The translations under genes and the position numbers were made by a program. Positions 21,324 through 31,715 of a stretch of DNA of 64,000 nt are shown here, piece after piece. Origin of the DNA: a virus; the IMG/VR virus record IMGVR_UViG_3300045988_180522. One strand, given 5' to 3'. The notes beneath the pieces are model-generated. The model had not been told where the DNA came from and did no database searches. It saw nothing but the letters and a program-made list of their open reading frames with translations. Position 1 is the stretch's first letter, and each line of letters opens with the position of its first letter.

Positions 21324-21538
21324 ACTAATTGTTTTAAAATGTGTTCAGCTCTGTCCAGGGCATCCATATCCACACTGATATGCAGATCAGGATTCCTGTT
21401 GAATTTCTCTCTGATCAGGCTGATAATATTGATTACGGTCTCATATTCCCTGTTTTTCAGGGAATCCACTGATGCTCTCAGGTAATTTACTGGCATTGAC
21501 TGTATCAGGCTGATGATTTTCCGTTCTTCTTCATTCAT
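21320..21538 (-). CDS. small hypothetical protein
   Basis: ORF track; ATGA coupling both sides. Confidence 0.45.
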   Translation of the reverse strand: MNEEERKIISLIQSMPVNYLRASVDSLKNREYETVINIISLIREKFNRNPDLHISVDMDALDRAEHILKQLV

Positions 21539-22029
21539 GTCTTCATTTTGTTTTTAATTTCTTCAATACACTTCTTCATGCTGTGTACCGTCGTTACTTC
21601 AAAAAACCTCACCTCCAGGCCCTGATGGTCTGATTTGTTCAGGTAATCTATAAACAGTTTTCTCTTTACAGGGTATACATCATTCCTGAATCCTTTTACC
21701 TCTATAATATCCAGAACATTACCATGCCTGTATACAAAATCAGGGGTATATGTAAGGTCACGGAGTTTCCTGATATCAGGCTGAAAGACAGCTGCCTGTC
21801 CTCTTCTGCTGTATGTACTCCATACCTGTACATTATCAGGGTAGTCCCCTTTCATGAGTATTATCTTTTCAGGCTCATACTCCAGTCTTATTCCTTCTCT
21901 CAGGGCATACCTGTACATATTCAGTTCAGCCTTCGACTTAAACTGTATACCATCGAAGAATCCGGGGGTGGCATTTTTAATCTTCCTGTTCTTATCAGAA
22001 TGGGAGATCGTCTGTTTCTTCTTCATCAT
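21535..22029 (-). CDS. VRR-NUC-like PD-(D/E)xK endonuclease
   Basis: YTPDFVY...LDIIEVKG motif. Confidence 0.5.
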   Translation of the reverse strand: MMKKKQTISHSDKNRKIKNATPGFFDGIQFKSKAELNMYRYALREGIRLEYEPEKIILMKGDYPDNVQVWSTYSRRGQAAVFQPDIRKLRDLTYTPDFVYRHGNVLDIIEVKGFRNDVYPVKRKLFIDYLNKSDHQGLEVRFFEVTTVHSMKKCIEEIKNKMKT

Positions 22030-22708
22030 ATTCAGGTAATAACCATTTGAATTCAGTCCCCATATTCTCCTTCATGAACCTGTTTATCCTGGCAAACGGA
22101 TCATCTGTCATTCTGGTATTACTACGGGCAAAATAAGCAGGATGTTCACATTTCAGTATACATGCCGCATTCTGCACTGCCGGAATGAAGGAGGCTGCCT
22201 GAGCCCCGAAGAACAGCCATATTACATCTGTTCTGTCGGAAGAAAACATTCTGATAAAGGTATCTGTAAATTCCCTCCAGGCAGCCTGATGGCTACCCGG
22301 GGAATTTACCTTTACAGTAAGGGCTGAATTTATCATCAGTATTCCCTGAGACACCCATGACTCAAGAGTGGGATCGAATCTGGCTTCATCAGAAGGCCTG
22401 TAAGAAGAGATCTCAGGATGCAGGATACATTCCTTCAGTATCTTTAAAGAAGGACTTAAATCTTCGGATTTGGTACCTTCTTTATTGCCGAACAATATTC
22501 CCGTAGCTACTCCTTTTTGAGGGTAGGGATCCTGTCCCACTATAACAAGCCAGGTCCTGGAGGGGTCTGTAAGATGAAAGGCACGGAATACCTTATCTAT
22601 TTCCGGACACATATTATCTGTATCCTTATCTATAGATGTGAGGGTATTCATGAGCACCTGTTCATTCATATAGACTCCCCATTTACCTAATAATTCATTT
22701 TTGATCAT
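21995..22708 (-). CDS. ung: uracil-DNA glycosylase (family 1)
   Basis: VIVGQDPYP...GLAF-like water-activating loop motif; C-terminal HPxxx motif. Confidence 0.8.
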   Translation of the reverse strand: MIKNELLGKWGVYMNEQVLMNTLTSIDKDTDNMCPEIDKVFRAFHLTDPSRTWLVIVGQDPYPQKGVATGILFGNKEGTKSEDLSPSLKILKECILHPEISSYRPSDEARFDPTLESWVSQGILMINSALTVKVNSPGSHQAAWREFTDTFIRMFSSDRTDVIWLFFGAQAASFIPAVQNAACILKCEHPAYFARSNTRMTDDPFARINRFMKENMGTEFKWLLPEYDEEETDDLPF

Positions 22709-23270
22709 ACAATTGATTGATTATAACATTATAATTCTTACTGAGATACGCAGTTACAAACTGATCTGCATTCTCCAGAGCCTTCATCTTTACTGAAGGG
22801 GTCACAACAGTATACTGTTCCTTATCGACAGCCTTTACAGAAAGAGTAGTATAGACGGAATGGATAGTGTATTCTAACGATACAGCTGTATTTATCAGTC
22901 TTGTCATATCTGCTTTTGATAATACAGGAGCATCATAATTTATATAAATCTCTTTTTTATCAATAAAGACAGAGAGGATGACCTCCTTGTCATATATAGC
23001 TGTCCCTGCTATACACAGCATATTGGATCCTTTATACTGTAGTATGTATGGACTATTCCTACTACTACTTATAGTGTGTATAGCCTCCTTCAGAGATTTT
23101 GCCACCATTATACGATCTATACATGGAATGTAGTACTTACCTTCATTGTTACCGACCTGTATCAGGTAATCATGCATATCGTTATTATTCGCATGATATA
23201 CACGTATTAGTGGAGAGGTGTTACAGTAAGCTCCATCCAGTATATTGCTTAATGTATACATTTCCATCAT
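22695..23270 (-). CDS. hypothetical protein (immediately downstream of E1-like gene)
   Basis: ORF track; 4-nt overlap with E1-like gene. Confidence 0.5.
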   Translation of the reverse strand: MMEMYTLSNILDGAYCNTSPLIRVYHANNNDMHDYLIQVGNNEGKYYIPCIDRIMVAKSLKEAIHTISSSRNSPYILQYKGSNMLCIAGTAIYDKEVILSVFIDKKEIYINYDAPVLSKADMTRLINTAVSLEYTIHSVYTTLSVKAVDKEQYTVVTPSVKMKALENADQFVTAYLSKNYNVIINQLYDQK

Positions 23271-23962
23271 TCGATAAATTTAGTGGTCATCAAAGGACCG
23301 TGATACTCCATAAAGAAGGGGGCATATCTTTCCGACTGCATGTATACCTGACACAGCTTGTTGACAAATACATTGGCTATCATTCCTCCTATCTGCATAG
23401 CCATAAATGCAGTCTGTTTATAGGAGCAGATCTGTTCCTCAGCCTCTGCATCACTGAAAAGATACTGCTCTTCATATCTTTCCATATTCTCCTTCTCACT
23501 GCTTTCCATACATATAATCTGATACATTTCGGCACTTAGTCTGCCATCTATAAACACAGACTTACTTTTGCTATCAACATTACGTTTCCAGGCTTCATAA
23601 ACTTCCCTTCTTGATTCCATATTATCAAGGCATGATATAACATGTCCTGAGAATACTTTGTTCCTGGTTACCCTCTCCCTGTAGCATCCTGTCCATGGTA
23701 TAACCCTGAATGCCTCCAATACTCTCTTCATAGATACAGCCTTACTTTGTCCTATAAGACTATCGAAATACATCTGTCCGGCCATATTCTCAGGAGAAAC
23801 TACATCGGGGTCTATAAGATTCATACTCTTTACACCGAGCTTTCCTATAGCAAAAGAGGTCCAGCTTCCTATACCTCCGAGTCCTACAATATTCGCATGT
23901 TGGTATTTTAACATTTCGAACCATACAGCCCCGGAGAATCTTTGTGTACAATTTTCATTCAT
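23267..23962 (-). CDS. E1-like adenylyltransferase (ThiF/MoeB/HesA family)
   Basis: NIVGLGGIGSWTSFAIGKLGVKSMNLIDPDVVSPENMAGQ matches ThiF Rossmann + SNLNRQ region; VISCLDNMESR matches DxxDN. Confidence 0.8.
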   Translation of the reverse strand: MNENCTQRFSGAVWFEMLKYQHANIVGLGGIGSWTSFAIGKLGVKSMNLIDPDVVSPENMAGQMYFDSLIGQSKAVSMKRVLEAFRVIPWTGCYRERVTRNKVFSGHVISCLDNMESRREVYEAWKRNVDSKSKSVFIDGRLSAEMYQIICMESSEKENMERYEEQYLFSDAEAEEQICSYKQTAFMAMQIGGMIANVFVNKLCQVYMQSERYAPFFMEYHGPLMTTKFIE

Positions 23963-24975
23963 AATGTCTTCAATTTACTTTCAACTAATTCAAGGATAGG
24001 ATCCAGACTGTCATCCTCATAATCACATATATACCTGATTACCTTTTCCAGGATCTCCTTCTTCTTATACTTAGGATCTATATCCTCCCACATCCTGTAG
24101 TACGGCGGATTACTGTCGGCCTCATCGATAAGTTCGGATACTATACTGTCTACATTATCCAGACGCAGGAATCCGGATAATACCTTACATACTCCTGTAT
24201 CAATGTCATTGTTCTGGCAGGAAGCTCTTTGTATAATACCCTGTGATATATCGGTGCTTTTCATATAAGCTGAGGGCCGGTATGGTATAATACTCTTATA
24301 GTCCCGATGTTCAGAAAGCCAGTCTCTGTTTGCTGTCATACATGGTGCCTTACGTCTTGATATTTCCCTTGCCGTAGATAAGGGAGATTCAGGGAATTTA
24401 AGGAAGGATTTCGGATATTTTACATCCAGTGAGTAAGTCTCTATCTGAGTAGAGGTAAACTTCTTCTCACCTGTATATATGGTATTTCCGTCAGGATCTG
24501 TGTATGATCCTTTCAAAGTACCATTATAAACTACTTTCCTTGTTATTCTGGCCTCGTAGGTATGACTTGAATCTACCACCAGTGACAGGAACCAGTTCTT
24601 TTCCTTCCCTTCACTTGCCAGGGTCTGCATATCTTCCCCTGAGAAGAAAGCCCCCATGCGGTGATGTGAGTGTATGAGCCCTATACTGCTGCCCTCAAGT
24701 TCATTATCAGATATGAAAGCTGCTATGTACCTGTTAACATCATTACTGTCATATTGAGTATGTACGGATGTTCCTATATCAAGTATGAGAATATCCTTTA
24801 CTACAGCGGAAATCTTTCCTTTTCTGTCTTTAATACTGTAAAACAAAACTCCTGACCACTCAGTGTCAGGAAGTTCGAAGATAGCCCAATCTATCTTATT
24901 CTGAATGTCCCTGGGAATTTCTATATTTCCTATATTTCTCAGGGATTGCTCGTTCTGATGTATATTTTTCTGCAT
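23959..24975 (-). CDS. JAB/MPN (JAMM) metalloprotease-domain protein with C-terminal extension
   Basis: upstream Glu (DTEWSG) then HSHHRMGAFFSGED = HxHx7Sx2D JAMM zinc motif. Confidence 0.75.
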   Translation of the reverse strand: MQKNIHQNEQSLRNIGNIEIPRDIQNKIDWAIFELPDTEWSGVLFYSIKDRKGKISAVVKDILILDIGTSVHTQYDSNDVNRYIAAFISDNELEGSSIGLIHSHHRMGAFFSGEDMQTLASEGKEKNWFLSLVVDSSHTYEARITRKVVYNGTLKGSYTDPDGNTIYTGEKKFTSTQIETYSLDVKYPKSFLKFPESPLSTAREISRRKAPCMTANRDWLSEHRDYKSIIPYRPSAYMKSTDISQGIIQRASCQNNDIDTGVCKVLSGFLRLDNVDSIVSELIDEADSNPPYYRMWEDIDPKYKKKEILEKVIRYICDYEDDSLDPILELVESKLKTL

Positions 24976-26017
24976 AAGCGGTTAATAAAGATTCAACAAT
25001 ATCGACGAATACACTATACACCTTTGGTTGTATAAAGTATCGGAAATCGGGAATAATATCATCTTTCGGTTCTACACGGAGTCTTACAGGACTGCCTTTA
25101 AACATGAACAGTATACGTTCAATATCCGGGTCAATGTCAGTTATTTCAGGTGCATTATACCTATATATATATCCGAAACTATCCTGAAATCCTCTATATA
25201 AGGGTATATCCAAGTAACAGTCCTCAGCTAAATCTGATAATATAACTGCCAGTTCTTCCGGTGTATAACTGAGCTTTACCCTTCCGTCACATTCTGCAAG
25301 CTTTATATTACCTGATACCAGAAAGGTTTTTACAAGATACTTTATATCCGGTATACTTACAGATACGTTACTTGTATCCGAATACTGTGTATATATAAGT
25401 CTGTCGGACTTTTCTATATTCAGATCTGCCATATACTGATAGGGGCCTCCGGATACAGACTCCACATGTATGTACTGATCCAGTAATACAGGAAGAGTCT
25501 CTGTAAATCCAGGTTCCCATATAGATTTCATAGTACTTATTACAGTACTCAGGGCTGTTTTCCCAAGACAACATGTCCTAAATGCCCCTGACAGGTCTAA
25601 GTTACTGTGACAATGTGAATGGATATACCCTCTGCATGCCTCGATATATGAGTAGGTACCTCTGTTCATTCTTATGCCTTCTACGGACAGCATAAGGTTG
25701 TTAAATGTAAGTTTGATATACAGATCCTTTATAGTATGCGTTTCTTCTACTTCATTCTGTATAATAACCTCCGGGCGGTATATAATAATTGTAAATGCTG
25801 GTGTGTTCAAACCTTCGCTATGTCTACTCAGTATCTCGTTTATGGCATCATCGAATGTGTCACATTTCTGTATAATATCTTCATACATAGAAAGTAATTT
25901 TATCCTTTCAGAACAGACATCCTCATCTACATACTCCTCCCCGAAATAATCATTAAAGGAGGAGAGGAGGCTATCGAATCTCCGATATACCTCCTCAATG
26001 GCCTCATCTACTGTCAT
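24896..26017 (-). CDS. hypothetical protein (373 aa) upstream of JAB gene
   Basis: ORF track; coupled to neighbours. Confidence 0.5.
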   Translation of the reverse strand: MTVDEAIEEVYRRFDSLLSSFNDYFGEEYVDEDVCSERIKLLSMYEDIIQKCDTFDDAINEILSRHSEGLNTPAFTIIIYRPEVIIQNEVEETHTIKDLYIKLTFNNLMLSVEGIRMNRGTYSYIEACRGYIHSHCHSNLDLSGAFRTCCLGKTALSTVISTMKSIWEPGFTETLPVLLDQYIHVESVSGGPYQYMADLNIEKSDRLIYTQYSDTSNVSVSIPDIKYLVKTFLVSGNIKLAECDGRVKLSYTPEELAVILSDLAEDCYLDIPLYRGFQDSFGYIYRYNAPEITDIDPDIERILFMFKGSPVRLRVEPKDDIIPDFRYFIQPKVYSVFVDIVESLLTAYAEKYTSERAIPEKYRKYRNSQGHSE

Positions 26018-26697
26018 CTCAGGTACTTAAGTTCTTCCTTCAATTCTGACAGAAGGTTTTCGGTTTCATTCTTCCTGACAGATCCCTCCCTGATACTATT
26101 AATGTCAGTATCACTCAGGATTCCCTTATTATACAGGCAATTCAGCAGGCTATCCAGTCTGGCTGCGGACCATACAGATTCTGTACCACAGGGTTCCGGC
26201 TTATTTTCTTCCTCTTTGTCCTTCTCCATAGTATCATACACTGCCTCCAGGACCTCCTCCTTCTTATCCTGTACCTTTTTCTTATTACCTGATGTACGTT
26301 CCATTTTTGTTATGAAGGCTGTAAGGTTATCACTTGATACCTGTGTGTAATTCCTTCCAAATTCTTTTTTCACATCCTCCTGTAAACCTCTTGAGACAAT
26401 CATTTGGTTAATTTCTTTTCTGGATAATGTTCCGGAAGATACTTTCTTGTTCGGAGTCATTAGGATAATAGACAATTCACGTGTAGGATTCCCACGGAAC
26501 ATCACAGTGTCAGGAAGAAGGCTCTGGTCATCCGTAAGCATAGTTCTTGATCTTCCTTCATGGAATTCCTTACCACTATAATTGATTCCGGCATTATCCA
26601 GCTCCCTTTTCAGTTCTCCAAGGGTTCCTGCTGTACTTTCAATCTGTTTTGCCCAGCTAACTGTCTCATCTGTAATTCTGATAATTCTACTTTCCAT
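26014..26697 (-). CDS. hypothetical protein
   Basis: ORF track. Confidence 0.5.
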   Translation of the reverse strand: MESRIIRITDETVSWAKQIESTAGTLGELKRELDNAGINYSGKEFHEGRSRTMLTDDQSLLPDTVMFRGNPTRELSIILMTPNKKVSSGTLSRKEINQMIVSRGLQEDVKKEFGRNYTQVSSDNLTAFITKMERTSGNKKKVQDKKEEVLEAVYDTMEKDKEEENKPEPCGTESVWSAARLDSLLNCLYNKGILSDTDINSIREGSVRKNETENLLSELKEELKYLR

Positions 26698-26722
26698 AAT
26701 CTGATTGTTTTAATATTGATTG

Positions 26723-27754
26723 TTAAAATGGTATATCATCCGGGTCCTGGGGGAGTCCTATCATATCCCTGAGTACCCGGGTGGCCAGTTTCCTTCCATG
26801 ATTTTTTGTAAGGTCACTGGGATCTTTTGATTTGTATAAAGACGGGATTTCTATCTGATGCAGGCTATATTCATCACACAGCTTCTCAGAGTACATCCTG
26901 CCGTAATTGATTTCCTTATTGAAATCATTGTCGAACAGCACATGTATATTTTCGAACCTTTGTTTCAGTGAAGATATAACATGAGGCTTAGGGACATATC
27001 CTTCACCTTGCAGACTTGTCGAGGGTATACCTGTGCAACACCATACACACATGGCATCCTTCCGTGAGGAAGTGATTACCAGATGGTTTCCTCTTTCAGG
27101 AAGCAGTGTCCACAGGTCCCATACAGACCTGTCATGCTTGCTTATCCATTTAAGATGGTCACTGAAAGGCTGGTAAATCTTAATGGTAGGATTTCCGTCC
27201 TTGAATTCAACATATACATAGGCATATTTATCGGCAGGCATAGAAGTAGTCTTTCCTTCCCTGATAAAGAATATGGTGCTGATAGGATAGGTATTCGAGA
27301 TATCCAGAAACCACTTATCCACTCCCTGCTTTTCCCAGAACTCATAGTCATAGGGCCTCCAGTCTCTGGTTTTCACCCTGACATCCGACCCCTGGTGTGA
27401 CAGAGGGGATCCCTGTTTTCCGGAAACAGATCCTGACAATTTTTTTTTGTCAGGAACCCTCCTGATATCAGACAAATCCCTGCATAACCTCCTGAATGCC
27501 TCCTGTGCAGTACAGGCCCACATCAGGCTCAGGAGATCCAGTACCCTGCCTGAATCTCCTCTTGCCTGGTCTTTGAACCTGATATGCCCGTCCATACCCT
27601 GAAAGATGCTCAGTGAGGGTTTCCTGTCAGGTCTGTACGGCGCATTTATTATACATGGAAGTTCCGTGATTCCCAGGTAATATGAGATTATCTGAAATTC
27701 ACTTGCTATTCTGTATAGACTGTTAAGATCATCAGGACGGGCAGTCAGTATCAT
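26723..27754 (-). CDS. primase-like protein (Toprim-like motifs); tentative
   Basis: VITSSRKDAMC and VLFDNDFNKE resemble Toprim E..D and DxD elements. Confidence 0.35.
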   Translation of the reverse strand: MILTARPDDLNSLYRIASEFQIISYYLGITELPCIINAPYRPDRKPSLSIFQGMDGHIRFKDQARGDSGRVLDLLSLMWACTAQEAFRRLCRDLSDIRRVPDKKKLSGSVSGKQGSPLSHQGSDVRVKTRDWRPYDYEFWEKQGVDKWFLDISNTYPISTIFFIREGKTTSMPADKYAYVYVEFKDGNPTIKIYQPFSDHLKWISKHDRSVWDLWTLLPERGNHLVITSSRKDAMCVWCCTGIPSTSLQGEGYVPKPHVISSLKQRFENIHVLFDNDFNKEINYGRMYSEKLCDEYSLHQIEIPSLYKSKDPSDLTKNHGRKLATRVLRDMIGLPQDPDDIPF

Positions 27755-27770
27755 ATTATGCTGTTTTTTT

Positions 27771-28634
27771 TTATTTTTTCACCCACTTTGATTTTACTTC
27801 TTCCACTGTGGCGGCTTTTGTTTCAGGAGCCTTGAATGTGGTAGGAGTCTCTGTATATTCCTTAAACACTTCATCTCCGAACTCCACATTCTGGTACATT
27901 CCCGCTGCCTTACATCTGGTGATGTTATTCAGGATGAAAGAACAGTTACGGGCTGCTTTTCTGCCGAATTTAGCAGGGAAGAAAGTCTGATAGTTATTGT
28001 TGTTACTGTCTTTCTGTACTCCGAACCACACCTTGGTACAGTTATCAGGGAACAGGGAAAGAGCTTCCACTACTTCTGAGACATCCCCGGAGAAATAGTC
28101 ACCGATTCTTTCCAGTTGCAGAAGTGCAGTTTCAGGATCTTCAATCTCCTTCCATTCCTTATCCTGCGTCATATACATACGGGAGGGCACATTCAGGTGG
28201 GTACGGATAAATTCCAGTAATGAATCCTCCCCTGAATAGGCCTGTCTTACCCCCTCAGGTGAGAAATTCATATTACCGGGGATAACACAGTTGTCATAGT
28301 CTTCCTGTGACAGCCATGCTGTTTCCCCGTAGGCATTTACGCACTGACACTTATTTCCGGCAGAATTGAGCCTTGCTGTATCCCTCAGGAAGAATTTCAC
28401 AGGCAGGATATCCTCTACCCCTTCAATATCAGGCTTGGTATACAGGGTAATATTCACCCATCTCACACCATCCTTTTCCCCGGTATATACAGGTTCCTTA
28501 TCAACCTTCCACCCGAATTCCTTTTCCAGCTCGTCCTTTGAAGGATTTACCAGCAGCACCTTCACCGGAGCCACTCCGGTATATAACTTCCTTGATACAG
28601 ATTCTTTCGACTCTTGTGCTTGTCCTATTTTCAT
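27771..28634 (-). CDS. hypothetical protein
   Basis: ORF track. Confidence 0.5.
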   Translation of the reverse strand: MKIGQAQESKESVSRKLYTGVAPVKVLLVNPSKDELEKEFGWKVDKEPVYTGEKDGVRWVNITLYTKPDIEGVEDILPVKFFLRDTARLNSAGNKCQCVNAYGETAWLSQEDYDNCVIPGNMNFSPEGVRQAYSGEDSLLEFIRTHLNVPSRMYMTQDKEWKEIEDPETALLQLERIGDYFSGDVSEVVEALSLFPDNCTKVWFGVQKDSNNNNYQTFFPAKFGRKAARNCSFILNNITRCKAAGMYQNVEFGDEVFKEYTETPTTFKAPETKAATVEEVKSKWVKK

Positions 28635-28653
28635 ATCTTCTTACTTTAAACTG

Positions 28654-29061
28654 TTAGTCTATTCTGATCCATTTTGATGCTACTGTTTCTTCTGAAGCCT
28701 GTTCTTTTTCCCCTGCTTCCGGCTCCTCCTTACTATTTTCTGTTTCTTCTGCCGGGGCTTCCTCTTTACTTTGTTCCTGTGGCTCTCCTTCTGTTTTATT
28801 CTCCACCTCCCGGGCCTGGGGAGTGGGTGTTTTAAGCATTTCGAAGATCAGGGCTTCTACTTCATCGGTAAATTCATTTCCTGCAAATGCAATAATGGCC
28901 TTGTTAATAGAATCCATGCTTTTGACTACTTCTTCTTTCTCTGCCATCAGATCTTCAATCTTTTTGTTCAGGGAATCAATTTTGCGGCATAGTGGTTTCA
29001 AACCTAAAATCATTCTCTTAACCTGGGCTTTCTTATAAATACCCATTTTCTTTTCTTCCAT
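28654..29061 (-). CDS. acidic coiled-coil protein
   Basis: E/K-rich heptad-like sequence. Confidence 0.5.
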   Translation of the reverse strand: MEEKKMGIYKKAQVKRMILGLKPLCRKIDSLNKKIEDLMAEKEEVVKSMDSINKAIIAFAGNEFTDEVEALIFEMLKTPTPQAREVENKTEGEPQEQSKEEAPAEETENSKEEPEAGEKEQASEETVASKWIRID

Positions 29062-29120
29062 AATTTAAAGCTTTAAATAATTAATAATAAATATATAACT
29101 CTGAGTTATCTGAGTACAGT

Positions 29121-29798
29121 TTAATAATATTCCTCAATAGCCTTGAACACGATATTCAGGTCATTCGGGATGGTATCTTCTGAGAACATATCTTCCGGTG
29201 TCTTGGCAGGAATTTCCACTCCATTCAGTCTCATTTTGTGGGTATAGAATTTAAATTCCGGCTTTCCGTCTTTCCCGAATGAAGGGGAGCAATACAGGCA
29301 GATGGCCACTACCTCTAATGGATTATAGTGCTCATCCACCATCCGGCCCACAGTTTTACATTTCTTTCCTACTATGGCCTTGTCATTCACTACGTCATCA
29401 TCATGCATCATCATACATACGATGAGGTCCCTGCGTGCATTCTCCACTGTTTCCATAATAGTCTGGAAGTGCAGTGCTATCTCCGTGAATTTCGAGTATC
29501 CCACCACATTGACTTTCTGGAACAGTTCCTTCTCCATGATGTATCTGGCATCATCAATAATGATATATTTGATGTGCGGGCCTTCATCAGAAATGGTCTG
29601 TATAGTGGATGCTATACTATCCCATGCTGTCAGGTGAAGGAGGTTATCCTTGTCTTCCGAGAAGATTTTCTCCGATCCTCTGAATGGCAGTGGTTTGTTT
29701 GTCACATTAATAATTACCGTACTTTCCGGATTGAGGTTCTTTACTGACCGGGTTTTCCCGGACCCTGTAGGACCTACTACAATCATCATTTTTCCCAT
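29121..29798 (-). CDS. P-loop ATPase (AAA_24/Sak4-like size class)
   Basis: Walker A VVGPTGSGKT near N-terminus; Walker B IIIDDARY. Confidence 0.55.
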   Translation of the reverse strand: MGKMMIVVGPTGSGKTRSVKNLNPESTVIINVTNKPLPFRGSEKIFSEDKDNLLHLTAWDSIASTIQTISDEGPHIKYIIIDDARYIMEKELFQKVNVVGYSKFTEIALHFQTIMETVENARRDLIVCMMMHDDDVVNDKAIVGKKCKTVGRMVDEHYNPLEVVAICLYCSPSFGKDGKPEFKFYTHKMRLNGVEIPAKTPEDMFSEDTIPNDLNIVFKAIEEYY

Positions 29799-31012
29799 AA
29801 CTGTTTTACTTTTTCAGATATTAAAAAACTCATTCTTCTTATTTTATACCATATACTTACCGGTGTTGATTTCCTCATGAAAGACAGCATTCCTGGCATG
29901 GAATCATGGGCCTCCGCATACCTGTAGAAATCTTCCATTTCCTTTTCCTGAAAGGACTTGGGCATCTCGTCGAAGATGGATACAGCACCGTCGAACAGGA
30001 GTGGAAGTATTTCTCCTGTAGCATCCCCATCCCTGTCTTCAAGGACCTTCACAAACCTGGCATAATTTCTCAGACGTGATATGTCATATCCCTTGTATCC
30101 TGACAGTCCCATCTTAAATGGTGAGTATATCCCGAACAGCATATTCAGGTCCCTGCATATCTCCTTACTGTTACCAAGCCCTGCGGAAGTAGGTTCTCCC
30201 TTATTAAACTTAAAGGAATCCTTATCTTCTACAGACTGGGCCTGATGCTGTATGACAATAAAGGTATAGTTCAGCAGATCCCTTGCTGCAACAATATACT
30301 TCGACAGCTTGTTTATATTCTGTCTCTCTGTAAACTCCCTTTCAATGGACAGGTTAGCCAGGTTATCTATAATAATTATCTCATAGATATCCTCATTATC
30401 AGGTTTATACCCTATTACTCCTTCCTGTTTCTCAGGATCCCTGAAGATATAATGCCCGTGTGCCAGAGCTCTCTCCTTTATAGCCTTATTGATACCTGTA
30501 GGATTCCTCTGGTCGGTAATATATTCTACTGTCTCCTCCCATTCTTCACATATATGCCTGAACTCATCGGATTCCATTACCTTCATAGCCTCATCCGGGA
30601 ATCTCACTCCTTTTCCCACACTCTTGGCCTGTCTGGGAGAATACCTCATAGATCCTCCTGATATCCTGTACAGGGCATGGCACATAAATTCCAGCATCTT
30701 ATATGAAGGGCTCATCTCCAGGGTGAAATACATACAATGTATCTCAGGCCCGTTGTTTTCTATCATATCGAAGAAAGGCTCATACAGGAAGGTATAATCA
30801 GTCCACTTTGATTTGGCTGATTTCTGGTTCCCCGTAATACCATAATACTTACCCTTCTCCTGGCCCGGGAAACATCCCCTGAATCTTTCATAAGGGAAAA
30901 CTATACAATTGGGATCTTCCCCTTGCAGGGATTCCCTGTTCTTTCGTATAGTCCCCATTACTGTTTCGTACAGACTCATTTCTTTCCCAGGGTTATGAAT
31001 ATGGTAAAACAC
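29786..31012 (-). CDS. DnaB-like / RecA-fold helicase candidate (divergent Walker A)
   Basis: FTLEMS (DnaB SLEM-like) and IIIIDNLANL (DnaB vIDYLQLm-like). Confidence 0.4.
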   Translation of the reverse strand: MFYHIHNPGKEMSLYETVMGTIRKNRESLQGEDPNCIVFPYERFRGCFPGQEKGKYYGITGNQKSAKSKWTDYTFLYEPFFDMIENNGPEIHCMYFTLEMSPSYKMLEFMCHALYRISGGSMRYSPRQAKSVGKGVRFPDEAMKVMESDEFRHICEEWEETVEYITDQRNPTGINKAIKERALAHGHYIFRDPEKQEGVIGYKPDNEDIYEIIIIDNLANLSIEREFTERQNINKLSKYIVAARDLLNYTFIVIQHQAQSVEDKDSFKFNKGEPTSAGLGNSKEICRDLNMLFGIYSPFKMGLSGYKGYDISRLRNYARFVKVLEDRDGDATGEILPLLFDGAVSIFDEMPKSFQEKEMEDFYRYAEAHDSMPGMLSFMRKSTPVSIWYKIRRMSFLISEKVKQLWEK

Positions 31013-31124
31013 AGAAAATCTATCCCCAGTGATACCAGTCTTTTATGAGGGAGGAGTTTCTTATCCCAGCAGATTCCTACTCCCAGCCCGATGTTTTTAT
31101 GGGCCATAAAATCAAATTCAAGTC

Positions 31125-31715
31125 TCATCTCAGTCTGTCTAAATGTGTTACTATTCTTTCATCTTTGTTCTCAATAAAATTCAATAAATCCGAAGAAGGT
31201 TCAGATACTCCTCCTCCGAAGGATTTTTCCCTGAATATGAAGTACTTGAGAAGTTTCATCATATCATAGTTTCCTTCGAAGGATTTCACATATCTTTCCG
31301 TTGCTTCTTCTATCTCCTCATCACTGAATTCCCCGTATAATGAGAAGAATGTTTTAAGTCTTCTTTCTATCAGCTTTACTGAATCTGTCCAGTAATATCT
31401 TTTGCCGGATACTTCCTTGCATCCTCTGGGATATATTTCCTTGAGTCTTTTACAGAGAGGACCCAGATCCCTTTTCTTTATGGTCTCACTTTCCAGCAAT
31501 ATATCATGGACAATATCACAGGCTTTATCCGGAAGAAACCATTCATCATCACCATCTCTTTTAAGGCTTAGCAGGCCCTTTTTTACCAGTTCATCCTTCA
31601 GTTTCATAAACTGCGGAACAGTGTCAAAGGTAATAAGAATAAGGGCCTCTTCCAAGGTAAGCCCGTACATTTCACATGCTTTTTTCTTTAGTCTGATTTC
31701 TACTGTATTCATCAT
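31125..31715 (-). CDS. hypothetical protein
   Basis: ORF track. Confidence 0.5.
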   Translation of the reverse strand: MMNTVEIRLKKKACEMYGLTLEEALILITFDTVPQFMKLKDELVKKGLLSLKRDGDDEWFLPDKACDIVHDILLESETIKKRDLGPLCKRLKEIYPRGCKEVSGKRYYWTDSVKLIERRLKTFFSLYGEFSDEEIEEATERYVKSFEGNYDMMKLLKYFIFREKSFGGGVSEPSSDLLNFIENKDERIVTHLDRLR

